The notes under the pieces were generated by a model. That model saw only the letters and a program-made list of their open reading frames with translations. It was not told where the DNA came from and did no database searches. Made by a program: the position numbers and the translations under genes. From contig CAVQXP010000004.1 in NCBI GenBank assembly GCA_963717935.1, forward strand, positions 1,920,001 to 1,984,000: 64,000 nucleotides of DNA, read 5' to 3'. Positions 1-11,174 of this stretch are shown piece after piece (positions within the stretch are counted from its first letter, which is position 1; each line of letters starts with the position of its first letter). Source of the DNA: Candidatus Eiseniibacteriota bacterium. Its GTDB lineage: Bacteria > Eisenbacteria > RBG-16-71-46.

Positions 1-2
1 GG

Positions 3-1811
3 CACGACGAGCGTTTCGTGGCCCTGGTGCCCGCGGCCGGTTTCTCACGGCGACGCGGCATCGTGCACGATGTCTCCGGCAGCGGACAGTCGCTGTTCGT
101 CGAGCCGCTCGAGCTGTGCGAGGCCAACAACCAGGTCATCGAGCTGCGCGCCGGGGTCGGAGAGGAGGAGCGTCGCATCCTGTTCGAGCTCGCGGAGGCA
201 GTGCGACAGGCAGGGCCGGAGCTCGAGTCCCTCGAGGCTGGGCTCGTCCAGCTCGACAGCCTGCGTGCGCGTGCCCGCTGGGCCGTGGAGTTCGGCGCGA
301 TCGCGGTGGAGCCCGCCGGGGAGCGGCTCGCCCTACGGGCCGCCCGGCATCCGCTGCTGGCGATGGGCGAGGCGCACGCGGCGATCGTGCCCCTCGACCT
401 CGAGCTCGCCGCGCCGGACCGCATCCTGCTCGTGAGCGGTCCGAACATGGGGGGCAAGACGGTGCTCCTCAAGACGGTGGGGCTCGCCGTCGCGCTGGCG
501 CACTCGGCGCTGCCCGTCCCTGCGGCCGAGGGCAGCGCGGTGCCGGAGGTGGACGCGATCGTGGCCGACCTCGGCGACGAGCAGTCGGTGGACGAGGGGC
601 TCTCGACCTTTGCCGCGCACCTGCGCGCCCTCGCGCGGATGGCGGAGCTCGCGAGTCCGCGCTGTCTCGTCCTGTGCGACGAGTTGGGGGCGGGGACCGA
701 TCCGGAGGAAGGGGGGTCGCTGGGGCGCGCGGCGCTGGAGCACTTCGCGGCGCGCGGCGCCTGGGGCGTCGTGACCACCCACCTGGGGAGCCTCAAGCGC
801 GCGGCCGGCGAGGTGCCGGGGGTGGTGAACGGCTCGCTCGAATTCGACCTCGCGGGGATGGCTCCGCGGTACCGCTTCCTGGCGGGTGTGCCGGGCGCGA
901 GTCATGCGCTGGCGGTGGCGGAGCGGCTGGGGTTCCCGCCGGCGCTGGTGGCCCGGGCGCGTTCGCTGGCTCCGGCGGAGGCCGTGGCGCTCGAGCGCCT
1001 GCTGGCGGAGCTACAGGAGACCCGCGCGCGGCTCGAGGACGAACGGGCGCGCCTGGCGCGAGCCGAGGCCGCGGCGCAGGCGGCCGCGGCGGAGGGCCGG
1101 GCGGCGGCCGAGGAGGCGCGGCGCGCTCTGGAGGAGTTGCGGCGGCGGTTGACGCGTGAGAGCGAGGTCGTGCTCGCGCGTGCGCGCGAGTTGTGGCAGA
1201 CGGTGCGGCGAGAGGCGCGGCGCGCCGAGAAGACCCGCGGGGGAGCCGAGCGCATCGGCGCCGACCTGGTGGTGGTGGAGGGCGAGATCGAGGCTCTGCG
1301 GCACACGGCCGAGGCGGCGGGGGGGGGCCCAGCGCCGGTGCCCATGCTGGCGGGCCCGCTCGAGGCCGGTCGCAGGGTGCGGGTGCGGAACCTGGACGTC
1401 GAGGCGGAGGTGGTGAGTGGCCCGGACAGCGAGGGGCGCGTGCGGCTCCGCCGCGGCAGCTGGAGCATCCAGAGTCACGTGGGCCAGTTGGAGGCGGTCC
1501 GCCCGGCCGGGGCGGGAGGCGCGGAGGCGCCCGTGCCGCGGGCCTCGTGGAGCGCTCCCGAGGAGGCGCCGGGGCTCGAGGTCGACCTGCGCGGCATGGA
1601 GGCCGACGAGGCGCTGCGGAATCTGGACCAGGGTCTCGACCGGGCGGTGTTGAGCGGCTTCTCGGAGTTGCGCGTGATCCATGGCGTGGGCCGGGGCGTG
1701 TTGCGCTCCGTGGTGGAACGGCACCTGCGCGGGCATCCGCAGGTCGCCGCGCAGCGTCTGGGCGGGGTGGGTGAGGGTGGCCGGGGCGTGACCGTCGTGG
1801 GGTTGCGATGA
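3..1811 (+). CDS. mutS2: Endonuclease MutS2 (5' part outside window)
   Basis: Walker A GPNMGGKT, DELGAGTDP, TTH, coiled coil, C-terminal Smr domain (DLRGM...IHGVGRG); frame is open from the window start. Confidence 0.95.
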   Translation, partial: HDERFVALVPAAGFSRRRGIVHDVSGSGQSLFVEPLELCEANNQVIELRAGVGEEERRILFELAEAVRQAGPELESLEAGLVQLDSLRARARWAVEFGAIAVEPAGERLALRAARHPLLAMGEAHAAIVPLDLELAAPDRILLVSGPNMGGKTVLLKTVGLAVALAHSALPVPAAEGSAVPEVDAIVADLGDEQSVDEGLSTFAAHLRALARMAELASPRCLVLCDELGAGTDPEEGGSLGRAALEHFAARGAWGVVTTHLGSLKRAAGEVPGVVNGSLEFDLAGMAPRYRFLAGVPGASHALAVAERLGFPPALVARARSLAPAEAVALERLLAELQETRARLEDERARLARAEAAAQAAAAEGRAAAEEARRALEELRRRLTRESEVVLARARELWQTVRREARRAEKTRGGAERIGADLVVVEGEIEALRHTAEAAGGGPAPVPMLAGPLEAGRRVRVRNLDVEAEVVSGPDSEGRVRLRRGSWSIQSHVGQLEAVRPAGAGGAEAPVPRASWSAPEEAPGLEVDLRGMEADEALRNLDQGLDRAVLSGFSELRVIHGVGRGVLRSVVERHLRGHPQVAAQRLGGVGEGGRGVTVVGLR

Positions 1812-3592
1812 GGGGCGAGGTGGGTGGTGCGGGGGTGGCCCCGGGTGCGCGCGGACTCGACGACTGGGTGGAACGCGTGCGCGCGGCCAGCGACATCGTC
1901 GAGGTCGTCGGGCAGACGGTGGCGCTCAAGCGCACGGGGCGGAACCTGGTCGGGCTTTGCCCGTTCCACAAGGAGAAGACGGGCTCGTTCTCGGTGAACC
2001 CCGAGCGGCAGTTCTACCATTGCTTCGGGTGCAAGGCCGGCGGCGACGTCTTCCGGTTCGTGCAGGAGACGGAGAAGGTGGGCTTCATCGAGGCGGTCGA
2101 GATCCTGAGCCGGCGCGCCGGCATCGCGGTGCCCGAGCGGCGCGGCGAGGCCGGCGCAGCGGCGGGTGCGCGCGGACGCCTCACCGAGGCGCTCGAGGCG
2201 GCTGCGCTGGCGTACGAGCAGTGGTTGGGCGACCCCGACGGTGGCGCGGCCGCGCGGGCGTACCTCGAGCGGCGCGGCCTGGCCCGGGAGACGCAGCGCG
2301 CCTTCCGGCTGGGGCTCGCGCTCGAGGGCTGGGAGAACCTGGTTCAGCGCCTGCGCGGCCGCATCGCGGACGAGGTGCTCGTGCAGGCAGGCCTGGCGGC
2401 GCGGCGGGAGACTGGTCGCGGCGGCCTGTACGACCGCTTCCGCAACCGGCTCATGGTGCCGCTGGTGGCCCCCGGGGGCGTGGTCGTGGGGTTCGGCGCT
2501 CGCGCGCTCTCGGACGAGGACCTGCCGAAGTACCTCAACTCGCCCGAAACGCCCGTCTACCACAAGGGCGCGTTCCTCTTCGGCCTCGACCAGGCGCGGC
2601 GCAGGGTCGAGGCCGACGGGGAGATGATCGTGGTCGAGGGCTACTTCGACGCGATCGCCCTGCACCAGGCGGGACTCGGGAACACCGTGGCGACCTCGGG
2701 CACGGCGCTCACCCAGGACCAGGCGCGCCTGCTGAAGCGCGTCGTGCCGCGGATCGTGCTGACGTACGACGGCGACGCCGCGGGCCAGGAGGCGATGATG
2801 CGCTCGCTCGGCGTGCTGCTGGCCGAGGGGCTCGACGTCGTGGTGGTGGACCTGCCCGAGGGCGAGGACCCGGACACGCTGGTGCGCGGCGGCGGGCTCG
2901 AGGCGTGGGGTGTGGTGCGCGCGCGGGCCGCGGACCCGGTGGAGTTCATCCAACGGCACGTGCTGCGTGGCCATGTTGGCGGGCGCGATCCGCGGGAGCG
3001 CGCGCTGCAGGCCGTGGTGGACCTGGGCGTGAAGGTCGCCGACCCCATCCGGCGGCAGACGCTGGTGGAGCGCGCGAGCCAGGTGTTCCGCCAGCCCGAG
3101 CGCGTGATCGCGCGGGCCATGGCCCTGCGTCGCTCGGGCCAGCCGGCCGAGCGGCCGGTCGAGGCGGCGGTCCGCCAGCAGCGGGCGGGCGAGGCCCACG
3201 GCGAGCGCCGGCTGCTCGAGGCGATCCTGCACCGGCCCGAGAGTCTCGAGGAGGCGCGGGCCTTGGTCTCGCCGCAGGACTTCGGCGACCCGGTGTGCGC
3301 CACGCTGGCAGGATGGCTATGGGGTGGCCGCGCGGGCTTCCCCGCGGAGGACGAGGCCGCGGCGCTGGCGCGGGAGTTGGCCGCATCCGAGCCCGAGGAC
3401 TGGGAATCGCTCGCCCGGGGCGCGGCGCGCCGCCTGCTGCAGCATCGCCTTGCCCGACAGCATCGTGAGAAACAGGAGGAGCTTCGCCACGACCCTCAGG
3501 GTCCCGAGGCGGCCCGGCTCCTGCAGGAGATCCAGCAGATCGCACTTTCCATTCGAGAGATCGAGCAGTCGATTCGAGAACCCTCGCGCTGA
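1808..3592 (+). CDS. dnaG: DNA primase
   Basis: CHC2 zinc finger CPFH..CFGC, PKYLNSPET, TOPRIM VEGYFD and YDGDAAG; directly upstream of rpoD. Confidence 0.97.
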   Translation: MRGEVGGAGVAPGARGLDDWVERVRAASDIVEVVGQTVALKRTGRNLVGLCPFHKEKTGSFSVNPERQFYHCFGCKAGGDVFRFVQETEKVGFIEAVEILSRRAGIAVPERRGEAGAAAGARGRLTEALEAAALAYEQWLGDPDGGAAARAYLERRGLARETQRAFRLGLALEGWENLVQRLRGRIADEVLVQAGLAARRETGRGGLYDRFRNRLMVPLVAPGGVVVGFGARALSDEDLPKYLNSPETPVYHKGAFLFGLDQARRRVEADGEMIVVEGYFDAIALHQAGLGNTVATSGTALTQDQARLLKRVVPRIVLTYDGDAAGQEAMMRSLGVLLAEGLDVVVVDLPEGEDPDTLVRGGGLEAWGVVRARAADPVEFIQRHVLRGHVGGRDPRERALQAVVDLGVKVADPIRRQTLVERASQVFRQPERVIARAMALRRSGQPAERPVEAAVRQQRAGEAHGERRLLEAILHRPESLEEARALVSPQDFGDPVCATLAGWLWGGRAGFPAEDEAAALARELAASEPEDWESLARGAARRLLQHRLARQHREKQEELRHDPQGPEAARLLQEIQQIALSIREIEQSIREPSR

Positions 3593-3607
3593 GGAGAATC
3601 CGATTCC

Positions 3608-5413
<1,806 letters not shown>

Positions 5414-5455
5414 AAGAAGGGCGGGCCCGGGGCGGCGGCCGGTGCGCGGCGCGCC

Positions 5456-5485
5456 TTGACACCCTTCGCGAGCGGGTGCTAGAAA
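5456..5485 (+). promoter_or_regulatory. Putative sigma70 promoter of the tRNA pair
   Basis: TTGACA, 18-nt spacer ending in TGC, then TAGAAA, about 40 nt upstream of tRNA-Ile2. Confidence 0.6.
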
Positions 5486-5525
5486 CACACGGTTTCGGGC
5501 ACCGGTGGCAGGAGGCTTGAACGCT

Positions 5526-5599
5526 GGGCCCATAGCTCAGCGGTCGAGAGCGGCCGGCTCATAACCGGTAAGACCCTGGTTCGAATCCAGGTGGGCCCA
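5526..5599 (+). tRNA. tRNA with CAT anticodon, most likely Ile2 (lysidine type); 3' CCA not encoded
   Basis: Cloverleaf: GGGCCCA/TGGGCCC acceptor, GCCGG-CTCATAA-CCGGT anticodon arm, TTCGAAT T loop; paired 1-72 excludes fMet; position after rpoD is typical of Ile2. Confidence 0.85.
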
Positions 5600-5644
5600 G
5601 AATCGAACGCCGCGGAAGGCCCATGTGCGGGGCCGAGTCGAGTG

Positions 5645-5720
5645 GGGCGGGTAGCTCAGCTGGCAGAGCACCTGGATCACAACCAGGGGGTCGCAGGTTC
5701 AAGTCCTGTTCCGCCCACCA
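5645..5720 (+). tRNA. tRNA-Val(CAC)
   Basis: GGGCGGG/TCCGCCC acceptor, A73 plus encoded CCA, CCTGG-ATCACAA-CCAGG anticodon arm, TTCAAGT T loop. Confidence 0.9.
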
Positions 5721-5880
5721 TCTCCGATGCGAGCGCCATCCGAATGAAGGAGTTCGTGGACCGATGATGCTGCCATCGCGTGCGAGCGTCGGCCGCTGGC
5801 CGGCGGGGAGGTGGCGGAGTCGAACTCCGGTCTGCCCGCGCCGCCCGCCTGGTGCTCCCGGGGTGGCGATGCGCGCTGTC

Positions 5881-5920
5881 GAGCGGGGAAGTCCTTTCCG
5901 GACGTCCCCGCTCTTCGTTT
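5881..5920 (+). terminator. Intrinsic terminator-like hairpin in the leader of the zinc-ribbon gene
   Basis: GAGCGGGGA(5881-5889)/TCCCCGCTC(5905-5913) with inner GTCC/GGAC, followed by TTCGTTT. Confidence 0.6.
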
Positions 5921-5933
5921 GCGGGGAGTGACG

Positions 5934-6647
5934 ATGAGCGAGGAGATCGACCGGCTGTGGGCGCTTCAGGGCCTCGACGAGCAGGCGCTTGCCGTGCGGG
6001 AGATCCTGGCACGGTTCCCGGAGCAGCGGCGGGAACTCGAGCACCGGATCGTGGAGGCGCGCCGGCGGCTCGAACAGGCGAAAGCCCGTCTGGGTGAATC
6101 GCAGAAGCAGCGTCGCGATCTCGAGCGCGAGGCCAGCGCGCTGGGTGAGCAGGAGCGGCGTTTCCAGCAGCAGCTCCCCGCGATCAAGAAGAACGAGGAG
6201 TACACCGCACTGCTGCACGAGATCGAAGGCGTGCGGCGGAAGCGCTCGGAGGTCGAGACCCAGGTGCTCGAGCGGATGGAGGAGGAGGAGCGCGAGCAGC
6301 GGGAGCGGCCGGCGCTCGACGGGGCGCTGAAGAGTGCGGAGGCCGAAGCGGCGGCGCAGGCGAAGCTCATCGACGCCGGGGAGACATCCGAGCGGGAGAA
6401 GCTGGGCGTCCTCGAGGCCCGCCGCGAGGCGCATGCCAGGGAACTGCCTCCAGCGACGCGGGCGCGCTACGAGCGCGTCCACGCCTCGCGGGGCGGGCGC
6501 GCGGTGGTGGCGATCCTCAAGGGCGCGTGCGGAGGCTGCTACCGCACCCTGCCCCCGGCCGTGTTGCAGGAGGCCCGGCGGCGCGACCGGATGATGAGCT
6601 GCGAAGGCTGCGGGCGCATCATGGTCTGGCCGCCTGGCGAGGCCTAG
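5934..6647 (+). CDS. C4-type zinc-ribbon coiled-coil protein (DUF164; CT398/CdsZ and HP0958 family)
   Basis: LWALQGLD N-terminus, long coiled coil with KNEEYTALLHEI, C-terminal CGGC...CEGCGRI; GGGGAG RBS before ATG 5934. Confidence 0.88.
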   Translation: MSEEIDRLWALQGLDEQALAVREILARFPEQRRELEHRIVEARRRLEQAKARLGESQKQRRDLEREASALGEQERRFQQQLPAIKKNEEYTALLHEIEGVRRKRSEVETQVLERMEEEEREQRERPALDGALKSAEAEAAAQAKLIDAGETSEREKLGVLEARREAHARELPPATRARYERVHASRGGRAVVAILKGACGGCYRTLPPAVLQEARRRDRMMSCEGCGRIMVWPPGEA

Positions 6648-6657
6648 CCGGGCGACG

Positions 6658-8128
6658 ATGCACGATCCCGTGGCTGTGGCTCCGCCAGGCTCGCGCACGG
6701 GGCGGGACGGGCAGGCGCTGAATCCCCGCCGGCTGCGGCCCGACCTGCCCTTCCGGCGCATCGCGCTCGTGCTTTCCGGTGGCGGCGCGCTCGGCGCCTA
6801 CGAGGTCGGCGTGCTCCGGGTCGTCGAGGCCCTGCGACTCACCCCCGCGGTCGTGGCCGGGGTCTCGGTGGGCGCGATCAACGCGGTGGTGTGGCAGGCG
6901 CACGGGGGCCGCGCGGCCGTGCTCGAGGACGTCTGGCGGCGCATGACCGCGACCGACGTCGGCTTCCGCTGGGTGACACTGGCCCTGAGGGCCCTTGGCG
7001 CGCTGGTGGCAGCCGTGGGGTTGATCGAGTTGCTCCTCACGCTCGCGGGTTCGCGCGAGCTGTCGGGCTCGTACTGGTTCTGGAGGCGGAGCAGCGCGCG
7101 CATCGACCTGACTTCGACGCTGCTCGACCTCGGTATGTGGGGCCTGTTCGCGCTGGCCGGCGTGGTGGCGATGCTGTTCTCGCGCCGCGTGGAGTCGTGG
7201 CTGGCGCGCCGGCGTTCGCCCGGGGACCCCGGACGCACGTCGCGTCTCTTCGGCCGGATCGTGATCGGGCTCTGGTCGGTCTACGCCGTGGTCTGGATCC
7301 TCGGGCTGCCTTGGCCACACCGCTTCACCATGAGCGCCCTGCTGATGCTCGCGCTGATCTGGCTCGCGAACCGCCCGGGCCAGTCCAACGGCTGGGCGCG
7401 CCGCCTGCTGCACGTGCTCATGCCCGAAACGCGGGGCAGCGGATTGTGGGGTGCCACTGCGCGGCAGCGTCTGGTCGAGCGGCTGGTGCGGGAAGGCGAC
7501 GCGAGACGACTCACGGATCCCGGGACGCAGCTGGTGATCAGCGCGCTGGCCATCGACTCGGGGCGCATCGCGTACTTCGTGAGCGGGCCGGCTCCGCCGG
7601 AGGATTTCGTGCGGCGGCTCGAGGCGGAGCTGGGTGAGGTCATACGCGTGCGCGAGCCGGCCGAGGTGGTGCAGGCGGCGCTGGCCTCCTCGGCGATCCC
7701 GGGTGTCTTCGAGCCCGTGCGCATCCGGGGCCGCCACTTCGTGGACCCGGGCGGTTTCGCGAATCAGCCGCTGCACGTCGCGCTGGCGGCCGAGGCTGAC
7801 GCGGTCCTGGTGGTGTTGATGTTGCCGAGCGGGCGGCCGTCGGCGGCGTCGCCGCCGGGCAGCCTGTTCGCGCTCGGCAGCCGGTTGCTGGAGGTGGCGA
7901 ACTGGCGCGACATGCAGGTGGAACTGCGGAACCTGCCCGACGGGCTGGTCCCGCGAGGGTGACCCGGCGCGTGCGTGCGTGGTCGAGCCCGATGCGACTC
8001 TGCCGGGGGGAGTGCTGGGCTTCGACCCCGTGAACGCCGCAGCGCTCATCGAGCGCGGAGAAGAGGACGCGTGGCGTGCGCTCGAGCGAGCGGGGTGGCT
8101 GGCGGCGGAAGCGGGTGCGCAGGGGTGA
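6658..8128 (+). CDS. Patatin-like phospholipase with internal hydrophobic insertion; frameshift near 7943
   Basis: SGGGALG, GVSVG nucleophile elbow, ASSAIPGVF, FVDPGG; a second frame continues with the typical tail GVLGFDP..LIERGEEDA to TGA 8128. Confidence 0.8.
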
Positions 8129-8246
8129 GGGCGTGGAACTCGCCGCGGGCTGGAGGCGATCACATCGAGGCGTCCCGCCGTGGGCGCTCGAGCCGGAAGG
8201 TCATCTTGGAGCGATTCGGCGGGGTCCGTCCCATGGGTGCCTCGCT

Positions 8247-10106
8247 GTGACGTCCGCGCCGGGACGTGGGGCGCGCGCCCGCGCGTCGGGAGCCGGCCAT
8301 GGCGCGCCCGGCCGCCCGCGTGGCGCGGTCTCCGGGGGTTCCGGCTCCTCCCGGCCACAGGCGGCTCCTTCGCGGGGCCGCAGGGCGCTGATCCTGGCCC
8401 TGCTCGCCGCCGGGACGTTCGCGGCCTTCGCCGGGGTGCTGCGGCACGGCTGGGCCATACTCGACGATCCTCAGTACGTCACCAGCAATCCGTACGTGAA
8501 CCGCGGTCTGACGCTGGAGGGTGTGCGCTGGTCCCTGCAGACGCCCCACGGCGGGAACTGGCACCCCCTCACATCCTGGTCGCACATGCTGGACGTCCAG
8601 GTCTTCGGCCTGGCGCCCGCGGGCCACCACGCCGTGAGCCTGCTCCTCCACGTGCTGACCGCGGGCCTCCTCGCGCTCGTGCTCTTCCGGCTCACGGGCG
8701 CCTGGTGGAGGAGCGTGCTCGTGGCGGGGTTGTTCGCGCTCCATCCGCTGCGGGTCGAATCGGTGGCGTGGATCTCGGAGCGGAAGGACGTGCTGAGCGG
8801 CCTTCTCTTCGTGCTTACGATCGAAGCCTACCGGCGGTGGGTCGCACGTCCGGGCGCGGCGCGCTACGGGCTCGTCCTGGCCGGGTTGGCGCTGGGACTG
8901 ATGTCCAAGCCGATGCTGGTCACGATGCCCTTCGTGCTCCTGTTGCTCGACGTGTGGCCGCTGGGGCGGCTGAAGCCGGAGGGGCGGGGCCCGGCGCCCG
9001 GCGCCCCGGTGCGGACGCTGGCGGGCCTGGTCGTGGAGAAATGGCCGATGTGGGTGCTGGTGGCGGCTTCGTCCGCCATCACCGTGTCCTTCCAATGGGC
9101 GACGGGGGCGGTGGCCGGGGCGGGACGCCTGCCGCTCGCGAACCGTGTGCTCAATGCGCTGGTCTCCTACTGGCGCTATGTCGGGAAGACACTCTGGCCG
9201 AGCGACCTGGCGGTGTTCTACCCGTTCAGCGGCACGGCGCAGGTGGCCGGAGGTGCCGCCGCGGCGATCGCGCTGGCAGGGGTGACCGCGTGGGCGCTGC
9301 AGCAGTCGCGCAAGCGTCCGTACGTGGCGGTCGGATGGTTCTGGTATGTCGGGATGTTGGTGCCGGTGATCGGACTCGTCCAGGTCGGGGGACAGGCGTA
9401 TGCGGACCGCTACACCTACCTCCCGACCATCGGTCTGCTCATCGCGCTGGTCTGGGGCCTTGCGGAGGTCGTGTCGAGCTCACGAGCGGCGAAGGTCGCG
9501 GCCACGTGCGCGTCTGCGGCCCTGCTGGTGGGCCTGGCGGTGGCCACGTCACGGCAGGTGGGACTCTGGCGGGACGACCGCACGCTCCTTACCCACACGC
9601 TCGCGGTCACGGGCGAGAATGCGGTGGCGCACCGGGGCCTGGGGGAGGCGCTCCTGAGGTCCGGGCACGCTCTGGCGGCCATCCCTCACTTCGAGGAGGC
9701 GCTGCGGCTGAGGCCGGGGCTGTACAGCCTGCGGGGCAACCTGGGAAGCGCGCTGGGTGCGGTGGGGCGGTACGGGGAGGCGGAAGCCTACCTGCGGGCC
9801 GCGCTGCAGGAGGGGGAGACCGCTCGGATCCACCACAACCTGGGGTCCGTACTCGTGGGGCAGGGACGCCTGGACGAGGCGATCGGCGAATACGAGGCTG
9901 CGGTCCGGCTCGATCCCGGCGAGCACCGGCTGCTCGACCAGTTGGCGGCGGCCCATGCCGCGGCGGGGCATCGGGTGGAGGCTGTGCGGTCCTGGGAGCG
10001 GGCCATCGAGCTCGCGCGGGGCGCGGGTGACGGAGCGGAAGCCGCACGGTACGCGGAGCACCTGGGGACGTACCGGGCGGACAGCGCGTCCCGTCCGTCA
10101 CGTTGA
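8247..10106 (+). CDS. TMTC-like GT-C membrane glycosyltransferase with C-terminal TPR repeats (start uncertain)
   Basis: LDDPQYV, WHPLTSWS, FALHPLRVESVAWISERKD, ADRYTYLP, many TM helices, TPRs. Confidence 0.82.
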   Translation: MTSAPGRGARARASGAGHGAPGRPRGAVSGGSGSSRPQAAPSRGRRALILALLAAGTFAAFAGVLRHGWAILDDPQYVTSNPYVNRGLTLEGVRWSLQTPHGGNWHPLTSWSHMLDVQVFGLAPAGHHAVSLLLHVLTAGLLALVLFRLTGAWWRSVLVAGLFALHPLRVESVAWISERKDVLSGLLFVLTIEAYRRWVARPGAARYGLVLAGLALGLMSKPMLVTMPFVLLLLDVWPLGRLKPEGRGPAPGAPVRTLAGLVVEKWPMWVLVAASSAITVSFQWATGAVAGAGRLPLANRVLNALVSYWRYVGKTLWPSDLAVFYPFSGTAQVAGGAAAAIALAGVTAWALQQSRKRPYVAVGWFWYVGMLVPVIGLVQVGGQAYADRYTYLPTIGLLIALVWGLAEVVSSSRAAKVAATCASAALLVGLAVATSRQVGLWRDDRTLLTHTLAVTGENAVAHRGLGEALLRSGHALAAIPHFEEALRLRPGLYSLRGNLGSALGAVGRYGEAEAYLRAALQEGETARIHHNLGSVLVGQGRLDEAIGEYEAAVRLDPGEHRLLDQLAAAHAAAGHRVEAVRSWERAIELARGAGDGAEAARYAEHLGTYRADSASRPSR

Positions 10107-10219
10107 AGCGGGTCGCCGGCCGGCACGACGCGCATTTCGTCCCGTGGCGGTCCGGCCCGGAATCCCGGGGACCGCGCAGGACCGGGAGGCGGTGCGGGGC
10201 TCGTCCGGCGTTCCGTCGC

Positions 10220-10248
10220 TTGTGGGTGCCACTCCCTTCGACTACGCT
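10220..10248 (+). promoter_or_regulatory. Putative promoter of a leaderless rnhA(-rnpB) transcript
   Basis: TTGTGG-17 nt-TACGCT, then 6 nt, then the GTG start; no SD. Confidence 0.45.
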
Positions 10249-10254
10249 TCCTGC

Positions 10255-10675
10255 GTGAGCACTCCGACGAACGGCGAATGGACGCTGCGCTGTGACGGCG
10301 GGTCCCGGGGAAACCCGGGGCCGGCGGCGCTGGGGTACGTGCTCCTCGGGCCTGCGGGCCGCGAGGTGGAGGCGCGCGGCGCGCGCATCGGGCCGGCCAC
10401 GAACAACGTGGCCGAGTACCGGGCGCTGATCGCGGGCCTCGAGGCGGCCGGGAGGGCCGGAGCCGACCCGCTGCTGGTATGCATGGATTCCGAACTGGTG
10501 GTGCGCCAGATGACCGGCGAGTACCGGGTGAAGAACGCCGGCTTGAAGCCGCTCCACGCAGAAGCCCGTCGGGCGCTGGCAAAGCTCGGCCGGGTGCGTT
10601 TCAGCTCCGTGCGGCGCGAGGCCAACACTCACGCCGACCGGCTCGTCAACGAAGCGCTCGACGAAGTCCTGGGTT

Positions 10676-10692
<17 letters not shown>
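10255..10692 (+). CDS. rnhA: Ribonuclease HI family protein
   Basis: CDGGSRGNPGPA, TNNVAEY, DSELVVRQMTGEYRVK, RREANTHADRLVN. Confidence 0.92.
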
Positions 10693-11092
<400 letters not shown>

Positions 11093-11174
11093 GTCTGTAC
11101 CTCCGGAAGGCCGCCGAACGCACGGTGCCGGCGCAAGCGGGCGCCGCGGCGGCGGCGGCGCCGGGGCGTCAGCC

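Noticed and set aside
5671..5687. Reverse complement of the Val anticodon arm reads as a His loop (TTGTGAT), suggesting an inversion
   Set aside because: The body has A73 and closely follows Val-type tRNAs; CAC and GTG are complementary by definition, so this is likely coincidence
5526..5720. tRNA genes as an integration site for an island
   Set aside because: No integrase, no duplicated tRNA 3' end and no compositional shift seen
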